Origin: the human T2T-CHM13v2.0 reference genome, Homo sapiens
Assembly (NCBI RefSeq): GCF_009914755.1
Contig: NC_060927.1
Length of the DNA stretch: 64,000 nt
Direction: 5' to 3' (one strand)
Position 1 is the stretch's first letter. Each line of letters begins with the position of its first letter. Position numbers and translations under genes: made by a program. The notes below the pieces were generated by a model that was not told where the DNA came from, made no database searches, and saw nothing but the letters and a program-made list of their open reading frames with translations. Shown here piece by piece: positions 60,125-64,000 of this stretch.

Positions 60125-60290
60125 CCTATAGATGTAAGGTTTCCTTAGATGTAAGGTTTATATATGTATATATGTGTGTATATATATATAGATGTAAGGT
60201 GTATATATATGTATTTAAGGTATATAGATGTATATATATAGATGTATATATGTGTATGTGTATATATGTATAGATGTAAGGTTTCCTTCT
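60062..60290. repeat. Compound STR: (TG)n, (TATC)n and repeated TAGATGTAAGGT units in a TA/TG matrix
   Basis: Directly visible. Confidence 0.92.
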
Positions 60291-60843
60291 ATTTTCTATT
60301 TAAGATTCTCAGTCCTCTACGCTGTCACAATATTTTGGGTGGTTCTAATACAGCATTTAACTTCTGAGTATCTAGTCCAGAAAAATATTTGTCTAGATAT
60401 ATATTTTAAAATATATTAAATTGAATTATAATTATACATTTGATTTTTTTTCTGCTGGACTGTAGGTTTCTCAAGAACAGGGGCCATATCTTGCACATTT
60501 TTATATAGTGGAATTTAATAAACTATCACAATGTAGATTATTCAGTGAATATTTGTGAAGACAATACAAGAATTCATGTTCCCTCTCTAGAATAAATAGA
60601 AGCCATGCATAGTGTATGACTGTTATGTTTTAGGACACATTTTCTCATTCTTTTTCTACTTCTGTTATTATAGCAGACTTTTTCTAAGGAGAACATGCTT
60701 TTCTTTTTTCTCCCTTTGAATCCTTAAAACATGTCTGGGACATAAGGGAAAACAATATGGCAAAATGTATTTACATAATACCAATTTATTCAGAAAGAAC
60801 TAATTGATCACCTACTCTGTACCAGGCTTGGTACTAGACATTG

Positions 60844-60905
60844 GGAATACAATGATGCAGAGAAAACCATCTGCTTGGAATACAGTGATGCAGAGAAAAC
60901 CATCT
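60844..60905. repeat. 33-bp-period tandem duplication
   Basis: GGAATACA(A/G)TGATGCAGAGAAAACCATCT twice. Confidence 0.9.
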
Positions 60906-63900
60906 AGTTCCACTGAACAGAAAAGCTGTATTACTTCTTGGTGTCACACTTGTATAGAATCATACATAATTGATCCTGGGTATAACTTTGGTTACAGATA
61001 GTATTTTTTGTTTTCTAATCATCAGTTTTAAATACCTGGAATCTGATGAGGCTACACTGCAATGTTTACTGAATATGCTTCCATAATAGAGTCCTATTTC
61101 CCACTTTCAAAACAAGGTGTACAAATCACAAAATCTGTCTTCCTCTGGTTCTCTGATTTGACTGTTCAACTTCTGGTCCCAGCTGGAAATGATAACTTCA
61201 TGTTTGTTCACAAATGAATAATGAATTTTTAAGTCTCCTTTGCCTCAGATTGATTTGGAATAAGGGCTTGAACTGGTTGTTGTATTATGAAGCCCATATT
61301 TGCCTTCTGTCAAGCAGGGTGGTCCTTGTATTTCAGTTCAAAAACCATCTTGTGTTTACAGGTTCATCACTATAGGTTTTTTGTTTGTTTGCTTCTTTTG
61401 TTTTCTGAGAAATTACTAGCTTTGGAGATAATAACAGTTCTGCTCAGAAACTGCAATGGCCAAATATCCTACTCTACTTGTTCTGTGTTTTCCTAAATCT
61501 TTAGGTGAAGGAGCTTGCCAAATTGTCAGATTGCTTTGTTGTTTTCCTGTGATGTGGTTGCCAATTTTAAACATTCATTGCTGAAGAAGTGGGATTGTGT
61601 GCGACGCCTACCTAGTATTGGGTGACAAGAAATTGCTACTTCTTTCATTCAATTTCTATTCTTTTTTGCTTATTAAACTATTTGGCACTCTTTGGAAAAT
61701 CTCATTGTCTTTGGACTAAAGATATTTATCACTGTAAGTGAAGAAACTATTATGTAAAATAGGCTTAAAGCCACAGTGATGTTGAGAGCAGCCCCCTTTA
61801 TCAATGCAGGAGGGTGGCTCTATTTCCATCAGTTACTGGCCTATTTTTCCTCCAGTTTCTGGCAGCATATTTGGATTGCCACTTTATATTTACTCACAGA
61901 CTGCAGTAAGATCAAGAAGATGGGACACTCTAAGATTCTATTCCCCTTGGGTGCCTCCACTCCCATGAAGGAGTATTGCTGATTTTAACGATATTGGTGC
62001 TGTTCTTCTCCACTCCTCTGCTTTAATTTCCCTTCCCTGCTGCTTTGCATATTGAACAATAATGAATGTTTTCTGAGCTCCCACTGTCCTCTCACCTACT
62101 CTCACTCTCAACAAAAATGGAAAAGTTTTTTAAAGCCAATTTCATTTTATATTAAATTCTACCAAAATTTGCTCAATTGCATACGAATGCCCAATGTTAT
62201 TAATATTTTTTCCTTGAAAAGATGCATTCAGAAAAGAGTGATCATTTCAATTAGCTTTTGCTGAAATACTGCAGAAAGTGTTCAGTGATGTGTTTAGCGT
62301 CTGTGTATATAAATTAAAATAATGTATAAATGTTTCTAAATATGTAACTCCCCATTTTGCTCATGAAGATTGACTGCAAAGGAGTGAGAAGGAATTTTCA
62401 GGGGTAAAAGGAACCTTCTACATCTTGATTGTGATTACATGGGTATATATAGCTTATATGTATATGTGTGCATTTGTGTGTGTGTGTGTGGTGTGTGCAC
62501 ATGTGTTTTTGTAAAAGTCATCAAAGTCTATAGGTAAGATCTGCAAATTATAAGTGAGAATCTGTCATATGTGTTCAAACGATTAAAAGCAGGGAGCCTC
62601 AGCAGCTGAGAACTCAGACATTAGCCCTAGACAAATAAATGTGTGATTAAAAATTGATAAGTGGTTTGAAAACATGGTAACTGTCAGAGAAAATATGTTG
62701 TAAACGATGATTTAATATAATTAAACATGAATCACAGCAAAAGTATTTAAAAACTGTGATCCACAACTCAATTTCAACTACGAATATGATGGTATCTATA
62801 TGTTCATTGCTGGGGTTGGTGGGTGTGTAGGATTGAGGGAGAATAGAATATATTTTCGCAGGTAAGATTCAAATATTCCGAAATTCACTCAATTGCATAT
62901 GGATTTCCAATTATATTTGTATATTTTTTCCTGAAAATTTAGATTTTAGTGGGAAATAAATTCCTCAAATTTAAGCAGAAGAAAAATGGACCTGTGGAGG
63001 GAGAAAAATAATTTGAAGTTATGTATTTTTAGCATTTCCAACAGCTCTTTAAAAAAAATACTATTTATAGGCATTTGAAAGATCCAGTAGAAAATTATTA
63101 ACCTGAGAAGCTACTAAAATCAATACAAAGGATGAACATTATAGTATTTGTCTCTGCACAGAACACAATTAGTCATAGTAATACAAATTTATAATAAAAT
63201 CACATGAGGAATGATAATTATTATCAGTAAATATGTTAGAAACTGATAAATCATGAATTAGAAGTATATTAAGAATGTGAACATAAATTTCAGAGGAAAC
63301 AACTGAAAATATTATTCCTTATTTATATTTAAACACTTTGCATATATTTGATGAATAAATTTTAATTTAAAAATAAGGAAAGCAGCATACCTTTACAGAA
63401 GCATGCTGCAGGAAGGAGCTCCAATACAGTTGAAGCTCCAATTTTAGGAATGAGAGAAATTCCTAAAATTTATCCTTCGATCTCTTTTCCTTTCCTTAAG
63501 CAACCTGTATCTATATTTCTGCCTCTTTCCCATCTTTATCCACAGCCCTGTTCACTGGGGCAGAGCTATGTCTCTTCCGAGGCATGGTTGGGTATTCCCT
63601 TCTCATGCAGTAAGATTTCAAGGTATTTCTACGACAGAAGAAATCTTTATAATAAGTAGGAAACTTTCACACAATTGTATTCATTTTATTGTAAGAGCTA
63701 AAGACAAACCACATATCAGAAAAGTGAAAGAAAAGATACTATAGCTCGTAGTGTTGTTTTAATGCAGTAGCATTAAATATATCAATCATATATTTTTTCT
63801 TTTATGCTGTATTTTCTGGATATTCTTCACCTAAAAATTAGCCTTCTGTTTTAGAACGAATAAAGAAACAAACACCCCTTAGTGATTTGCACTTACTCCT

Positions 63901-64000
63901 CCGTGCACCCTCAAATAGCCATTGGGCAGAGACATATGATTCCAGTTTTTTTTTCCCTCTCACAATTATTATTGGAAGCCTCATCCACTACGGTTACATT

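Overview
Primate (very likely human: it contains an AluYa5) AT-rich, repeat-dominated genomic DNA. I found no recognisable cellular protein-coding gene, and most ORF-track entries are Alu, LTR or L1 artefacts. The main object is a ~5.25-kb HERV-W (HERV17/LTR17) element on the minus strand (18680-23932). It is an L1-made retrocopy of a viral mRNA, not a provirus. It has an R-U5 5' end, a U3-R 3' end, a poly(A) tail after ATTAAA, and a ~14-bp target-site duplication inside a MIR. The pre-gag leader appears to be spliced out exactly at the gag ATG, and a microhomology-bounded double deletion leaves a ~36-bp env island between integrase and the env tail. Also present: a solo LTR12C (44964-46352, 4-bp TSD), THE1A, MLT1B, Tigger2a, MER2, MER58A, a ~4.9-kb L1M with ORF1/ORF2 remnants, about 14 Alus, two local tandem duplications (~330 bp and 160 bp), and a pair of minus-strand exon-like units just downstream of the retrocopy's U3 promoter. 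Repeat subfamily names come from recalled consensus features and were not computed. HERV-W processed pseudogenes are a known class, and I see no evidence for a wholly new system.
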